64,000 nucleotides of DNA from an uncultured Erythrobacter sp. (GCA_947501005.1 CANMTU010000001.1:2719407-2783406); one strand, 5' to 3'; counted from the first letter of the stretch, positions 48,803 through 57,873 are shown. Notes: generated by a model not told the origin, from the letters alone. Numbers and translations: made by a program.

Positions 48803-48827
48803 GGGAAAAACAGGGTATTGGCGGGGA

Positions 48828-49235
48828 TCAGGTCATGAAGTGGATACGCGCCTCGTGCTGCAGGGGATGGCTGACGACGCTGACCTCGAACAGGTCGACA
48901 TCGACCAGTTCGCGGCCGCCGGGCGTGCGGCGATAGGCGCGGGCGCGGTAGCCGAAGCTGAGCCCGGTCACCGCCTTGTCGCGCAGCAGCTTAGCCGCGC
49001 GGCCATCCGGGTTCTCGATCGTGGCGATGATGCGCAGGCCGCGCGCATCCTCGCCCACTGTCTCGACCCAGCCGATCCGCTGGTCGGGCCGGTGCTGCCA
49101 GAACAGCGGCAGGGGCGCGCGCCGTTCGGCCAGCGTGCGGCGGAACGCGCCGGGGCGGATGGTGTCGCGCGCTCCGTCCGCCCGATGGAACAGGGCGGCA
49201 TAGCCGGCGATGCGCAAGTCTGCGGGCACGCTCAT
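48828..49235 (-). CDS. HK97-family prohead protease (g4-like)
   Basis: AGYAALF, PLFWQH, GLSFGY, VSVVSHPLQ. Confidence 0.9.
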   Translation of the reverse strand: MSVPADLRIAGYAALFHRADGARDTIRPGAFRRTLAERRAPLPLFWQHRPDQRIGWVETVGEDARGLRIIATIENPDGRAAKLLRDKAVTGLSFGYRARAYRRTPGGRELVDVDLFEVSVVSHPLQHEARIHFMT

Positions 49236-49540
49236 CGCAGGATGTCGCCCGCGCCCAGCCGTACCGCGATGCCGACGAGGAGCAGCGCCAGCAGCCCGCG
49301 CGTCAGCCATTCGACCGCCGCCTTCCACGCGCTCGCCTTGGCGTCGCGCCAGGCGGAGAGCAGCTCGCGCAATTCGTCGATATCGTCCTGCGCATTGGCA
49401 TCGCCCAGGCCCAGCCGGTCGAGCACGCGCCGCGCGCCCAGTTCGGTCGATTCCTCGACGATGGCGCGCAGGGTGACGAGATCGCCGCCTTGCGCATCGG
49501 CTTGCGCGATCAGGCGCGCCAGCATGTCTTCGCGGGTCAT
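49232..49540 (-). CDS. Small GTA membrane-anchored protein (g3.5/DUF6127-like)
   Basis: LRAIVEES.ELGA.R.L; C-terminal TM; ATGA overlaps on both sides. Confidence 0.7.
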   Translation of the reverse strand: MTREDMLARLIAQADAQGGDLVTLRAIVEESTELGARRVLDRLGLGDANAQDDIDELRELLSAWRDAKASAWKAAVEWLTRGLLALLLVGIAVRLGAGDILR

Positions 49541-50694
49541 TGGCTGTTCTCCTGTGGGGCGAGACCGAGCATTTCGCGCTTCTCGGCAGGGCTGAGGAAG
49601 TCGGCGGCGGTGACCTGGCTCCATAGCTTCTCGCGATCCTCGGCGAGCGCGGGCACCCGGTCGAGATCGACCGTCGGCGCGGCGGTGAACCAGTCCGCGA
49701 GGCCGGAATGCAGGCCGTCGAGGATCTTCGCGATCAGCGGCAGCAGGGTCAGCCGCCACAAGGCGCGGTTGGCCTCGCGGTAATTGGAATAGGTATTGTC
49801 CCCCGGCAGGCCGAGCAGCATCGGCGGCACCCCGAAAGCCAAGGCGATGTCGCGCGCGGCGGCGGCCTTCAGCGTGGCGAAATCCATGTCCGCCGGGGAA
49901 AGGCTCATCGCCTTCCAGTCCAGCCCTCCTTCGAGCAGCATCGGCCGCCCGGCATTGCCCTGCCCCTGGAACGCAGCCTGCAATTCCTCCTTTAATCGCG
50001 CGAACTGCTCCGCCGTCAGCCCGCCGGCATCCCCGCTGTCATAGACCAGCGCACCCGAGGGCCGGGCAGCATTGGCGAGCAGCGCGCGGTTCCATTCCGC
50101 CGCTGCATTGTGGATCGCGACCGATGCGGCAGCGGCGGAAAGGCAGCCCGCGCCGTAATGATCATCGATCGGGTGGAAGCCCTTGAGATGGACGATATTA
50201 AGCCAACCGTCCTCGTCGGTGAGGGGAATGGTCAGCGCCCCGTCGGTCAGGGTGTAGCGATAGGCGCTCGGCCAGCCGTCCGGCCCCGCGATCACCTGCA
50301 CCCGTTCGGGCCGGAGGGGATGCAGGTCGACCGGCACGCCGGCCCCGTCCTTCACGATCTGCACATAGGCGTTGCCATGCAGGGCAAGCTGCGCCGCCAG
50401 CGTCTCGAGCAAGGGCTGCGCCCCGCAAGCGCAGGAAATCAGCCGCAGAAACCGCGTATCCTCGCAGGCGAGCGGCGCGCCGCCGACGCCCTCGGCCACG
50501 ATCCGCACCGCGCGCTGCGCCACCGGATTGACGAGATACGCCTCGCGCACCTGCCGGGCATAATCGAAATGGCCCCCGGCCACGGCCGGACTGTCGAGCG
50601 CGGTCGCCCAGGGCGAGACATAGCCGCTCGTCAAAGGCACGCGCGACTGGCCCCCGCCCTTGAAGGCGGCGGCAAGCGATGTGAGGAAGGACAT
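49537..50694 (-). CDS. GTA portal protein (g3-like)
   Basis: NPVAQRAVRIVAEG, NAARPSGAL, LEGGLDW, AFGVPPMLLGLPGDNTYSNY. Confidence 0.93.
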   Translation of the reverse strand: MSFLTSLAAAFKGGGQSRVPLTSGYVSPWATALDSPAVAGGHFDYARQVREAYLVNPVAQRAVRIVAEGVGGAPLACEDTRFLRLISCACGAQPLLETLAAQLALHGNAYVQIVKDGAGVPVDLHPLRPERVQVIAGPDGWPSAYRYTLTDGALTIPLTDEDGWLNIVHLKGFHPIDDHYGAGCLSAAAASVAIHNAAAEWNRALLANAARPSGALVYDSGDAGGLTAEQFARLKEELQAAFQGQGNAGRPMLLEGGLDWKAMSLSPADMDFATLKAAAARDIALAFGVPPMLLGLPGDNTYSNYREANRALWRLTLLPLIAKILDGLHSGLADWFTAAPTVDLDRVPALAEDREKLWSQVTAADFLSPAEKREMLGLAPQENSQ

Positions 50695-50754
50695 GGGATA
50701 CCTCTCGTCGTACCGGGCAGCGCCGGTGGTTCAAATTTACTTCGGACCGGTGCG

Positions 50755-52089
50755 CTACACCTGCCGGATGCGCGGCCTCGCCGTCTTGCCCAGCATCAAC
50801 TCGCTCAGCGCCCAGACCAGCGCGTCGGCGCGGTCGGGCGAACTGCCCGGCCCTTCGTAGCCGCCGCCGGCCATGATGCCGCACAGCTGGTCTTCCAGCC
50901 GGGCGAACATGGCGGTGTGATGCACCCGCCCCGCCTCGTAGAGCGCGGCGACCGGTTCGGCCCGCGCGCTCTTGCCGCGGCTGGCATGGACCAGTTTGAC
51001 CGGCAGCGAGACGTCGGCGGCGCGCAGCACGCTTTCCACCATCTGGCCGCCCTGATTGGCTTCGGCCACCACCCGGTCGGCATTCCAGGCCGCCGCCGCC
51101 TCGGCCACCGCGCGGGCCCAGCGTTCGGGCCGCGGGCGGGCAAGCGACAGGTCGGCCAGGACCAGTCCGGTGCCGCTCGTGCCCAGGCCGCAGACGACGA
51201 TGCCGCATTCGTCGCCGCGATTGCTCGCCGGCGGATCGACGCCGACCACGATGCGCAGCGGCGGATCGCCCAGCGCCTCGTGACGGCAGCGTTCGAGCAG
51301 CGAGCGCGACCACAGCGCGCCGTCATTGTCTTCCAGCAGGACCCCGTCGAGTTCCTGGCGGCCGAGCGCGGTTTTGCCGAATTGCCGCTTCATGTCGCGC
51401 AGGAAGCGGGGCGGCAGGTTATGCAAATTGTCATAGGTTGCCCCCCGCGTGACGACCACGTCGCCGCCCGCTTCCTCGGCGCACAGCCGGCGCATCAAGG
51501 CCACGGGCCGGGGCGTGGTGGTGGCCAGGGTCAGCGGCGTTTCGCCCAACCGCATGCCCATGGCGAGATTGTCCCACGCGCGGGTCGCGCGCTCCGATGC
51601 ATTGTCCCATTTGGCGATCTCGTCGCACCAGGCGAAATGGTGCTGCGGCCCGCGCAGGGCTTCGGGTTCGGCCGCTGAATAGAGATAGGCCATCGCCCCG
51701 TTGGGCCAGACCAGCCGCCGCAAGGACGGCTCGAACAGCGGCGCGTTGTGCGGCGCGCAGCAGGCGATCAGCCCGCTTTCCCCCTCCACCATGACCGCGC
51801 GAACTTCGGCCAGGCTCGCGCCGACGAGGGCGATGCGGGCATCGGGCGTGCGGCGCGCCTTGTCGCGGATCCATTCCGCCCCCGCGCGGGTCTTCCCGAA
51901 ACCGCGGCCCGCGCTGATCAGCCAGGTGCGCCAGTCGCCGGGCGGGGCGAGCTGGTTCCGGCGCGCCCACAAGTGCCAGTGATAGCGGAATTCCGCCTTT
52001 TCCGCCCGGGTCAGCCCGGCGAGTTCCGCCAGCCGGTCTTCCTCGCCGAGGTCGAGCAGCGATTTGAGCAATGCGTTGCGATCGGTCAT
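50755..52089 (-). CDS. GTA large terminase (g2-like)
   Basis: AGRGFGKT Walker A, LRGPQ..AWCDE Walker B, VVGVDP nuclease, SPDRADALVWAL. Confidence 0.93.
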   Translation of the reverse strand: MTDRNALLKSLLDLGEEDRLAELAGLTRAEKAEFRYHWHLWARRNQLAPPGDWRTWLISAGRGFGKTRAGAEWIRDKARRTPDARIALVGASLAEVRAVMVEGESGLIACCAPHNAPLFEPSLRRLVWPNGAMAYLYSAAEPEALRGPQHHFAWCDEIAKWDNASERATRAWDNLAMGMRLGETPLTLATTTPRPVALMRRLCAEEAGGDVVVTRGATYDNLHNLPPRFLRDMKRQFGKTALGRQELDGVLLEDNDGALWSRSLLERCRHEALGDPPLRIVVGVDPPASNRGDECGIVVCGLGTSGTGLVLADLSLARPRPERWARAVAEAAAAWNADRVVAEANQGGQMVESVLRAADVSLPVKLVHASRGKSARAEPVAALYEAGRVHHTAMFARLEDQLCGIMAGGGYEGPGSSPDRADALVWALSELMLGKTARPRIRQV

Positions 52090-52568
52090 CGGCCGTCATC
52101 GGCGGTCACGCGGTAGACGCCGTCGGCGCCCAGATCGGCCTGCATGGCGATCTGGCGCTGACGCATCTTCTCCAGTTTTTCATTGATCGACGCGATGATC
52201 GCATCCTCGTCCTCGTTGGCGCGCAGGGCCCGCTGGCGGCCGACCGACTCGCGGTGGGCGGAAAGCAGGCGGAAGGCGATGGCATTGTCGTATTTGCGGC
52301 GCGACTTGGTGGGGCCGCCGCCGGTCATCTCGCCGATGCGCAGGCGGCGCAGCAGGTCCATCTCGAGATTGTCGTACCCTTCGGCGAGCGCTTCCTGCCA
52401 GGCCCGGTAGAAGTCCGGTTCGCCCCGGCGGGTCTTGTACACCGTGCTCGAATCGACGCCGGCCTTGCGCGCCGCTCCGGCGACGTTCGAGGTCTGCGCA
52501 AGTTCGCCGAGGAACACCTCGCGCCAGTTCTGCGGGGGTCGCGACCCCCGCGTCCGCTTGCTCCCCAT
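52086..52568 (-). CDS. Putative GTA small terminase (HTH)
   Basis: FLGELAQTSNVAGAARKAGV..VYK.R HTH-like segment; first gene, overlapping the large terminase start. Confidence 0.65.
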   Translation of the reverse strand: MGSKRTRGSRPPQNWREVFLGELAQTSNVAGAARKAGVDSSTVYKTRRGEPDFYRAWQEALAEGYDNLEMDLLRRLRIGEMTGGGPTKSRRKYDNAIAFRLLSAHRESVGRQRALRANEDEDAIIASINEKLEKMRQRQIAMQADLGADGVYRVTADDGR

Positions 52569-52598
52569 CGATCCCTCCCGATTTTCAACGCTTGCACG

Positions 52599-52634
52599 AA
52601 AAAGGGCGGCGAACCTTCCCGTTCGGCCGCCCCT
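52599..52634 (-). terminator. Intrinsic terminator in GTA operon leader
   Basis: GGGCGGC(C)GAAC-GGGAAG-GTTCGCCGCCC-TTTTT, ending 30 nt before the first GTA ATG. Confidence 0.65.
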
Positions 52635-52702
52635 GCTGGCGAATCACACTATCGCGATGTTCAAGCTGTCTAACCAAACAGCGTGACGATGTCAATGATA
52701 AA

Positions 52703-52717
52703 TAACCAAATAGGTTA
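52703..52717. promoter_or_regulatory. Palindromic operator candidate in GTA promoter region
   Basis: TAACC-AAATA-GGTTA in an AT-rich patch; a second TAACCAAA at 52671. Confidence 0.4.
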
Positions 52718-52797
52718 GCTACGGCAGTAATCCTTCTTGCCCTGACCGATCCGCCTGTTAGAGGCGCGGTATCGGGGTGACGGGGGAATCGCAGGAC

Positions 52798-53448
52798 ATG
52801 CTGCGCGGTCTGTACAATTGGACGATGGACAAGGCGGCGCATCCCCATGCGGTGTGGTGGCTGGCCCTGTTCGCCTTCGTCGAATCGAGCTTCTTTCCGA
52901 TCCCGCCCCACCCGCTGCTCGGCTTGATGTGCCTTGCCGAACCGCGAAAGGCGCTGCGCTTCGCCTTCGTCTGCACCGCCGCCTCCGTGCTGGGCGGGCT
53001 GTTCGGCTATGCCATTGGCTGGGGGTTGTACGACACGATCGGGGCCTGGCTGCTGGGCGCGCTCGGCCTTACCGAAAGTTTCCCATTCGCCGCGTGCTAT
53101 CTGCGCGAATACGATTTCGAAGCGATCCTGATCGCCGGCGCCACCCCGGTGCCGTTCAAGCTGCTGACGATCACCGCCGGCTTCATCGGCATGAACCTCG
53201 TCACCTTCGTGCTGGCGAGCATCGCCGGACGCGGACTGATCTTCATGACCGTCGGCATCCTGTTCCGCCTGTTCGGCGCCCCGATCAAGCGGGTGATCGA
53301 CCAATATCTCGGCACGGTGACGACGGTATTCGTGCTGCTGCTGGTCGGCGGCGTGCTGGCGATCACCCAGCTCGGCGGCGGAGACGAAACGGACCCGAAC
53401 GACAAATGCGCCGGCGCGACGGTGGTTCAGGCCGATCCCCGGCCGTGA
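52798..53448 (+). CDS. YqaA/DedA family membrane protein
   Basis: FAFVESSFFPIPP, AGATPVPFKLLTITAG. Confidence 0.9.
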   Translation: MLRGLYNWTMDKAAHPHAVWWLALFAFVESSFFPIPPHPLLGLMCLAEPRKALRFAFVCTAASVLGGLFGYAIGWGLYDTIGAWLLGALGLTESFPFAACYLREYDFEAILIAGATPVPFKLLTITAGFIGMNLVTFVLASIAGRGLIFMTVGILFRLFGAPIKRVIDQYLGTVTTVFVLLLVGGVLAITQLGGGDETDPNDKCAGATVVQADPRP

Positions 53449-53450
53449 TC

Positions 53451-53466
53451 TCAACCAGATCTTAAC
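53451..53466. promoter_or_regulatory. Putative CtrA-binding site
   Basis: TCAA-CCAGATC-TTAAC. Confidence 0.4.
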
Positions 53467-53512
53467 CCTGTCCGGATAGCGATCCTCCCATCGAAAAGGG
53501 AAGATCGCTCCG

Positions 53513-54460
53513 GTGAGACAGACAACTCTCGTTCTGGCAATCGCAACCGCGATGATTGCGGGCTTCGCATCGCCCGCTTCCGCGAAATCGGCCCGCGCCG
53601 AATCGGACGGTATGGCCGAAGTCGCCGCGGCGGGCATATCCTCCGCCGTGCTGATCGTGCCGCAGGACGAAGCGCCGAACTGGGCGGACATGGTCGCGAA
53701 CGATGATGGCGAACCGCCCCGGTTCCGCGCCGTGCCGAACGTGGCCCTGCTCGCGGGGCCGTCGGGCGAAGTGGTCACCGCCGAATGGACCGGAACCTAT
53801 GCGCAGGTCATGCGCCAGGCCTATGCCCATGCGGTCCTGGGCCATGTCGAATATGCGAAATTCATGGTGGCCGAGGCCGAGGCGGGGCTGGCGGCCGCGC
53901 GCGACGCGGCCACTGCACATACCCCGCTGGGGGCCGCCCTGATCGCGCAGGTGGAGGCCGAGACGGTCCGCCCGATCGCCGCCCATGTCGCGGCCCGCAT
54001 TGCCCTCTCGGAAGGACAGACCGACGCGGCTCGTGCGCTGGCCACGGCAAGCACGCTCACCGGGCCGACGGGCGCGGAACTGGCGGCGGCGACGGGACTG
54101 CCGCTACCGGACCGCCTGCCGTCACGCCTGCAGATGCGGCCTCGCTTCGCCCATGCGGTTGTGGTGGAGCAAGGCTCACTCGCGCTGGAGCTGGCTGCGC
54201 TCACGCCGACCCCGCTGGCCCTGCCGGCGGTTCCCTTCCTGTCGGACGAGGCGGATGTCGCCATGCCGAGGCCCACCCTTGCGCTATCGCCCCTGTTCGG
54301 GTCGGAACAGGGCATGGCCCATCCGGCAATCGGCCGGCCCTATTCCCGGTTTTCGTGGACGCTCGGTGCCGGCCAGGGCCGCCCCGCCCCGTGGCAGCTG
54401 GACGGGATCCTGCCGCTCCGGCCGGCGACGGCGGCCATGGTCCGCCTGCCGTTCGACTAA
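53513..54460 (+). CDS. Hypothetical secreted Ala-rich protein
   Basis: GTG start, signal peptide (TTLVLAIATAMIAGFASPASA); no recognisable domain. Confidence 0.6.
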   Translation: MRQTTLVLAIATAMIAGFASPASAKSARAESDGMAEVAAAGISSAVLIVPQDEAPNWADMVANDDGEPPRFRAVPNVALLAGPSGEVVTAEWTGTYAQVMRQAYAHAVLGHVEYAKFMVAEAEAGLAAARDAATAHTPLGAALIAQVEAETVRPIAAHVAARIALSEGQTDAARALATASTLTGPTGAELAAATGLPLPDRLPSRLQMRPRFAHAVVVEQGSLALELAALTPTPLALPAVPFLSDEADVAMPRPTLALSPLFGSEQGMAHPAIGRPYSRFSWTLGAGQGRPAPWQLDGILPLRPATAAMVRLPFD

Positions 54461-54885
54461 CCCGCGAACGTCGTCTCCAGCGTAATCTCGGCATTGAGCA
54501 GTTTCGAGATCGGGCAGTTCGCCTTTGCCTTGTTGGCCAGTTCCTCGAACTTCGCCTTGTCGATCCCGTCTACCTTGCCGGTGAGCGTCAGGTCGGATCG
54601 GGTGACGGTGAAACCGTCGCCGTCTTTCTCCAGCGTGATCTTCGCATCGGTGTCGAGCGTGCCGTCCTCGTAACCCGCGCCGGCAAGCTGGATCGACAGC
54701 GCCATGGTGAAGCAGGCGGCATGGGCCGCGGCGATCAGTTCCTCGGGATTGGTGCCGGGCGCATCCTCGAAGCGAGTGTTGAAACCATAGGGGTGGTCGA
54801 GCGCGCCCGATTGCGAGGACACATGGCCCTTGCCGCCTTTGCCGAGACCTTCGTAACGGGCATGCGCGGTGTTGGTGGTCTTCAT
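54457..54885 (-). CDS. osmC: OsmC family peroxiredoxin
   Basis: GTNPEELIAAAHAACF, AKANCPISK. Confidence 0.92.
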   Translation of the reverse strand: MKTTNTAHARYEGLGKGGKGHVSSQSGALDHPYGFNTRFEDAPGTNPEELIAAAHAACFTMALSIQLAGAGYEDGTLDTDAKITLEKDGDGFTVTRSDLTLTGKVDGIDKAKFEELANKAKANCPISKLLNAEITLETTFAG

Positions 54886-54919
54886 CTGGTGTCCTTCGTT
54901 TGGGTGGGTGTTCGCCCGA

Positions 54920-54946
54920 AAGACGGTTCACCGCGATACGCGTTCC
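54920..54946 (-). promoter_or_regulatory. Putative general-stress sigma (EcfG) promoter of osmC
   Basis: GGAAC-N16-CGTC, close to the GGAAC-N16/17-CGTT consensus. Confidence 0.55.
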
Positions 54947-54947
54947 G

Positions 54948-56612
54948 TCAGATGCCGAACGCCTTGAGCCCGGCGTCAAAGGCGTTTTCCAGACCGCCGC
55001 GCACGCCGCCACGTTTCCCGGCCATCGGCGCTTCCTCGATCACGAGGACGCCGGGTGCGGAAGCCGTTCCCGTTCCGGCATCGGCCACCCGGTCGCGGAA
55101 CAGCGGTTCGCGGCCGAAGAAATAGGGCAGGAAGGTCTCGTTGCGGCGGATCGCATAAGCGGTGCGCGCCGAAAAGCCGAGCAACTGATCCTGCCCGAAC
55201 ACCCGGCCCGACCGCGCCTGCTCGATCCTCACCCCGCGCCCGCCCTGCACGATCAGCGCGGCGGGGCCGTGGAATACGAGATAGCGGAATTGCAGGGTCA
55301 GCCAGGCATGGAGGCTGAACAGGCGCCACCGGCTACGGATCGGGACCGGCTTGCCGATCGGCTGGACGATCGCGGCCAGCGCGCGCGGCTGAAGCACCAG
55401 CGCGGCGCCGGAAGCAAGGTCGATCCGCGCGATTTCCGCGAACGGATCGGCACGCGCCGAAATGCCGAACACCGCGCCCCTGCCGCGCGCGCTGGTGAGG
55501 AAGGTCATCCCGCTGGCAAGGCTGGTAAGCGGATTGCGCCAGCTCAGCAGCCAGCGGGTCCGCATGTCCGCGCCGCTCTGGCTGGACTGGAGGTAACCCT
55601 GCCGCACGAGCAGTTCCTCGCCCTCGTCGAGCGCGATCTGAAGCGAGGGTGCGGACCGCTCGCTTGCCTTGATTGAATCGGGCCCCGGTTCGCCATCGGT
55701 CATCAGCCGGATCGGCGGCCGTCGTTCGGCGATCGGCGCGAGCACGAAATAGAACAGCGTGCGGATGACGAACGGCAACAGCAGGACGCCGAGCAGGGCA
55801 AGCGCCGCCCGCGCCATGACATCGCGCACCGTGGTATCGGACAGGCCCGCAGTCGGGTCGGGCAGGGTGGCGACGGATACCTGCTCGAGCGCGGCCAGCC
55901 GCTGGCGAGCCTCGGCCACGCCGCGCGCCGCGGCAAGACCGTTCCGGCGCTGGCGGGTGCGCTCGCTCGCTTCGGCACAGCGTTGGTCGCGCCGGTCCAC
56001 CAGCGATTCGCGTTCGCGCAGGAAGATGAGGCGCAAGTTTCGCTCGATCGGCTCCTGCCGGTCGAACTGCGTGACCGCCGTCGTGGCCTGCACACACAGG
56101 GCATTGGAGGTGGCAATCGCGCGCTCGGTCGGGATGCGGGCATATGTTGCCATCCGGGACTGCGCGCGGACCAGAGCGGCCTCGCGCGCCCGGCTCTCGC
56201 GCGCCGTGACGAGCGCGGCGATCTCCGCGTCGAGCGCCGCCAGCTGCAATTCGCTGCGCTTGCGTTCGAGAATCCGCGAAGGCCGGATGCGGTCGAACCA
56301 GCCCTCGCCTTGCCCGAGCTGGGCAGCCAGTGCCCCGCGTTCGGCCCGCGCTTCGTTCAATCGGTTGGCAATCGCTTCCGCCCCGGCTGAGCGGATCGAC
56401 GCGGTCCGAGCCTCCAGAGCGGCTTGCGCCGCAGCGCGTTCCTCTATCAGCTGGCTTCGAACCGCCCCGATCGACAGCGCATCCTGCCGGAAGTCCGCGT
56501 TCGACAGGCCGGCTGAGAGTGCGGGCCAGGCGAACAGGTAGAAGACGATGGCGGCGCACAGCAGCAGGTAAAGCAGACCGGTACGCCCGATCCATCCCAG
56601 CGCGGCTTTCAC
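54948..56612 (-). CDS. Two-TM coiled-coil protein with C-terminal AIM24-like domain
   Basis: TM, then helical region, TM, then IALDEGEELLVRQGYLQSS..LVLQPRAL..FRYLVFHGP..IVQGGRG..QLLGFS AIM24-like sequence; GTG start. Confidence 0.7.
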   Translation of the reverse strand: MKAALGWIGRTGLLYLLLCAAIVFYLFAWPALSAGLSNADFRQDALSIGAVRSQLIEERAAAQAALEARTASIRSAGAEAIANRLNEARAERGALAAQLGQGEGWFDRIRPSRILERKRSELQLAALDAEIAALVTARESRAREAALVRAQSRMATYARIPTERAIATSNALCVQATTAVTQFDRQEPIERNLRLIFLRERESLVDRRDQRCAEASERTRQRRNGLAAARGVAEARQRLAALEQVSVATLPDPTAGLSDTTVRDVMARAALALLGVLLLPFVIRTLFYFVLAPIAERRPPIRLMTDGEPGPDSIKASERSAPSLQIALDEGEELLVRQGYLQSSQSGADMRTRWLLSWRNPLTSLASGMTFLTSARGRGAVFGISARADPFAEIARIDLASGAALVLQPRALAAIVQPIGKPVPIRSRWRLFSLHAWLTLQFRYLVFHGPAALIVQGGRGVRIEQARSGRVFGQDQLLGFSARTAYAIRRNETFLPYFFGREPLFRDRVADAGTGTASAPGVLVIEEAPMAGKRGGVRGGLENAFDAGLKAFGI

Positions 56613-56622
56613 GGCTTGCGGC

Positions 56623-57873
56623 TCAGATGATGCCGACCTGCCTGCCCGCGGTCTCGAAGATTTCGAGGATCTGCCGCACCTCGTCCTCGCTATGCTCCGC
56701 ACACAGCGAACAGCGCAGCAGGGTCATGTTGGCGGGGGTTGCCGGCGGGCGGGCGAGATTGACGTAGAGGCCGTTCTTGATCAGCGCCTCCCACATCGCC
56801 GCGCCCTGTTCGAGGTCGGGCATGATGACGGCGATGATCGCGCTCTGCGGCTCGTCGGTGCCGAGAGTGAAGCCGAGTTCGCGCAGCCCCTTGTGCAGCA
56901 TGCGCGAATTTTCCCACAGATGCGCCCGCTTTTCCGCCCCATGCATGAGCTTGCGGATCGAGACGCAAGCCGTCGCCACCACCGATGGCGGCAGCGAGGC
57001 GGTGAACACGTAGGGTCGGCAGACCAGCCGCATGATCTCGAATTTCGGATGGTTGGAGACGCAGAAGCCGCCCACCGTGCCGACGCTCTTGGAGAAGGTA
57101 CCGATGATGAAATCGACATCGTTCATCACCCCGGCCTGTTCCGCCACGCCGCGCCCGTTCTCGCCGATGAAGCCCATCGAGTGGGCTTCGTCGACCAGGA
57201 TCATCGCGCCGTATTTGCGCGAAACGGCGACCATCTCCTTGAGCGGCGCGATATCGCCGAGCATCGAATAGACGCCTTCGAGGATGACCAGCTTGCCCGC
57301 ATCTTCGGGCAGGCGTTTGAGGCGTTTTTCCAGCGCCTCGACATCGTTGTGCTTGAACGGCACGATTTCCGCATTGCCCAGCGCACAGCCGTCCCAGATG
57401 CTGGCATGGCTGTCGATATCGAGGAGGATGTAGTCGCCCTTGCCGGCGATGGTGCTGATGATCCCCAGATTGGCCTGGTAGCCGGTGGAAAAGACCATCG
57501 CATGGTCCATGGCGTAGAATTCGCGCAGCGAATCCTCGACATCCTTGTGCCCCTGATACGTGCCGTTCAGCACCCGGCTGCCGGTCGTCCCGCTGCCGAA
57601 ATCGGCGAGCGCCTGCTTGCCCGCCTCGACCACGTCCGGGTCGAAGGTCATGCCCATGTAATTGTAGGTGCCGAGCAGGATCGTCTCGCGCCCGTTGCAG
57701 ATCGCCCGCGTCGGCGAGAGCACCTGTTCCATCACGAGGTTGAACGGATCCTCGACCCCTTTCGACAGCAGGCCTTCGCGCATCGCGATGACATCGTCGA
57801 ACTTGGAGAACAGGTCGCGCCCCTCGCCTTCGCGAGCGGGCGGCTGGTCGGCCTGCGCGATGCCTTCGCTCAC
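56623..57873 (-). CDS. spt: Serine palmitoyltransferase
   Basis: LGTYNYMG, GSRVLNGTY, VDEAHSMG, GTFSKSVG (PLP Lys); GTGA-coupled to an acp gene. Confidence 0.88.
   Translation of the reverse strand: MSEGIAQADQPPAREGEGRDLFSKFDDVIAMREGLLSKGVEDPFNLVMEQVLSPTRAICNGRETILLGTYNYMGMTFDPDVVEAGKQALADFGSGTTGSRVLNGTYQGHKDVEDSLREFYAMDHAMVFSTGYQANLGIISTIAGKGDYILLDIDSHASIWDGCALGNAEIVPFKHNDVEALEKRLKRLPEDAGKLVILEGVYSMLGDIAPLKEMVAVSRKYGAMILVDEAHSMGFIGENGRGVAEQAGVMNDVDFIIGTFSKSVGTVGGFCVSNHPKFEIMRLVCRPYVFTASLPPSVVATACVSIRKLMHGAEKRAHLWENSRMLHKGLRELGFTLGTDEPQSAIIAVIMPDLEQGAAMWEALIKNGLYVNLARPPATPANMTLLRCSLCAEHSEDEVRQILEIFETAGRQVGII

Larger units (their letters stand above)
38655..52568 (-). mobile_element. RcGTA-type gene transfer agent head-tail cluster
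   Basis: Ordered terminase, portal, protease, capsid, connector, tail, TMP, DUF2460, DUF2163, NlpC/P60 and tail genes; no integrase, replication or lysis genes; flanked by core genes. Confidence 0.9.

Noticed and set aside
38655-52568. Prophage interpretation of the phage-like cluster
   Set aside because: No integrase, att sites, replication, repressor or lysis genes; gene order and short TMP fit a GTA.
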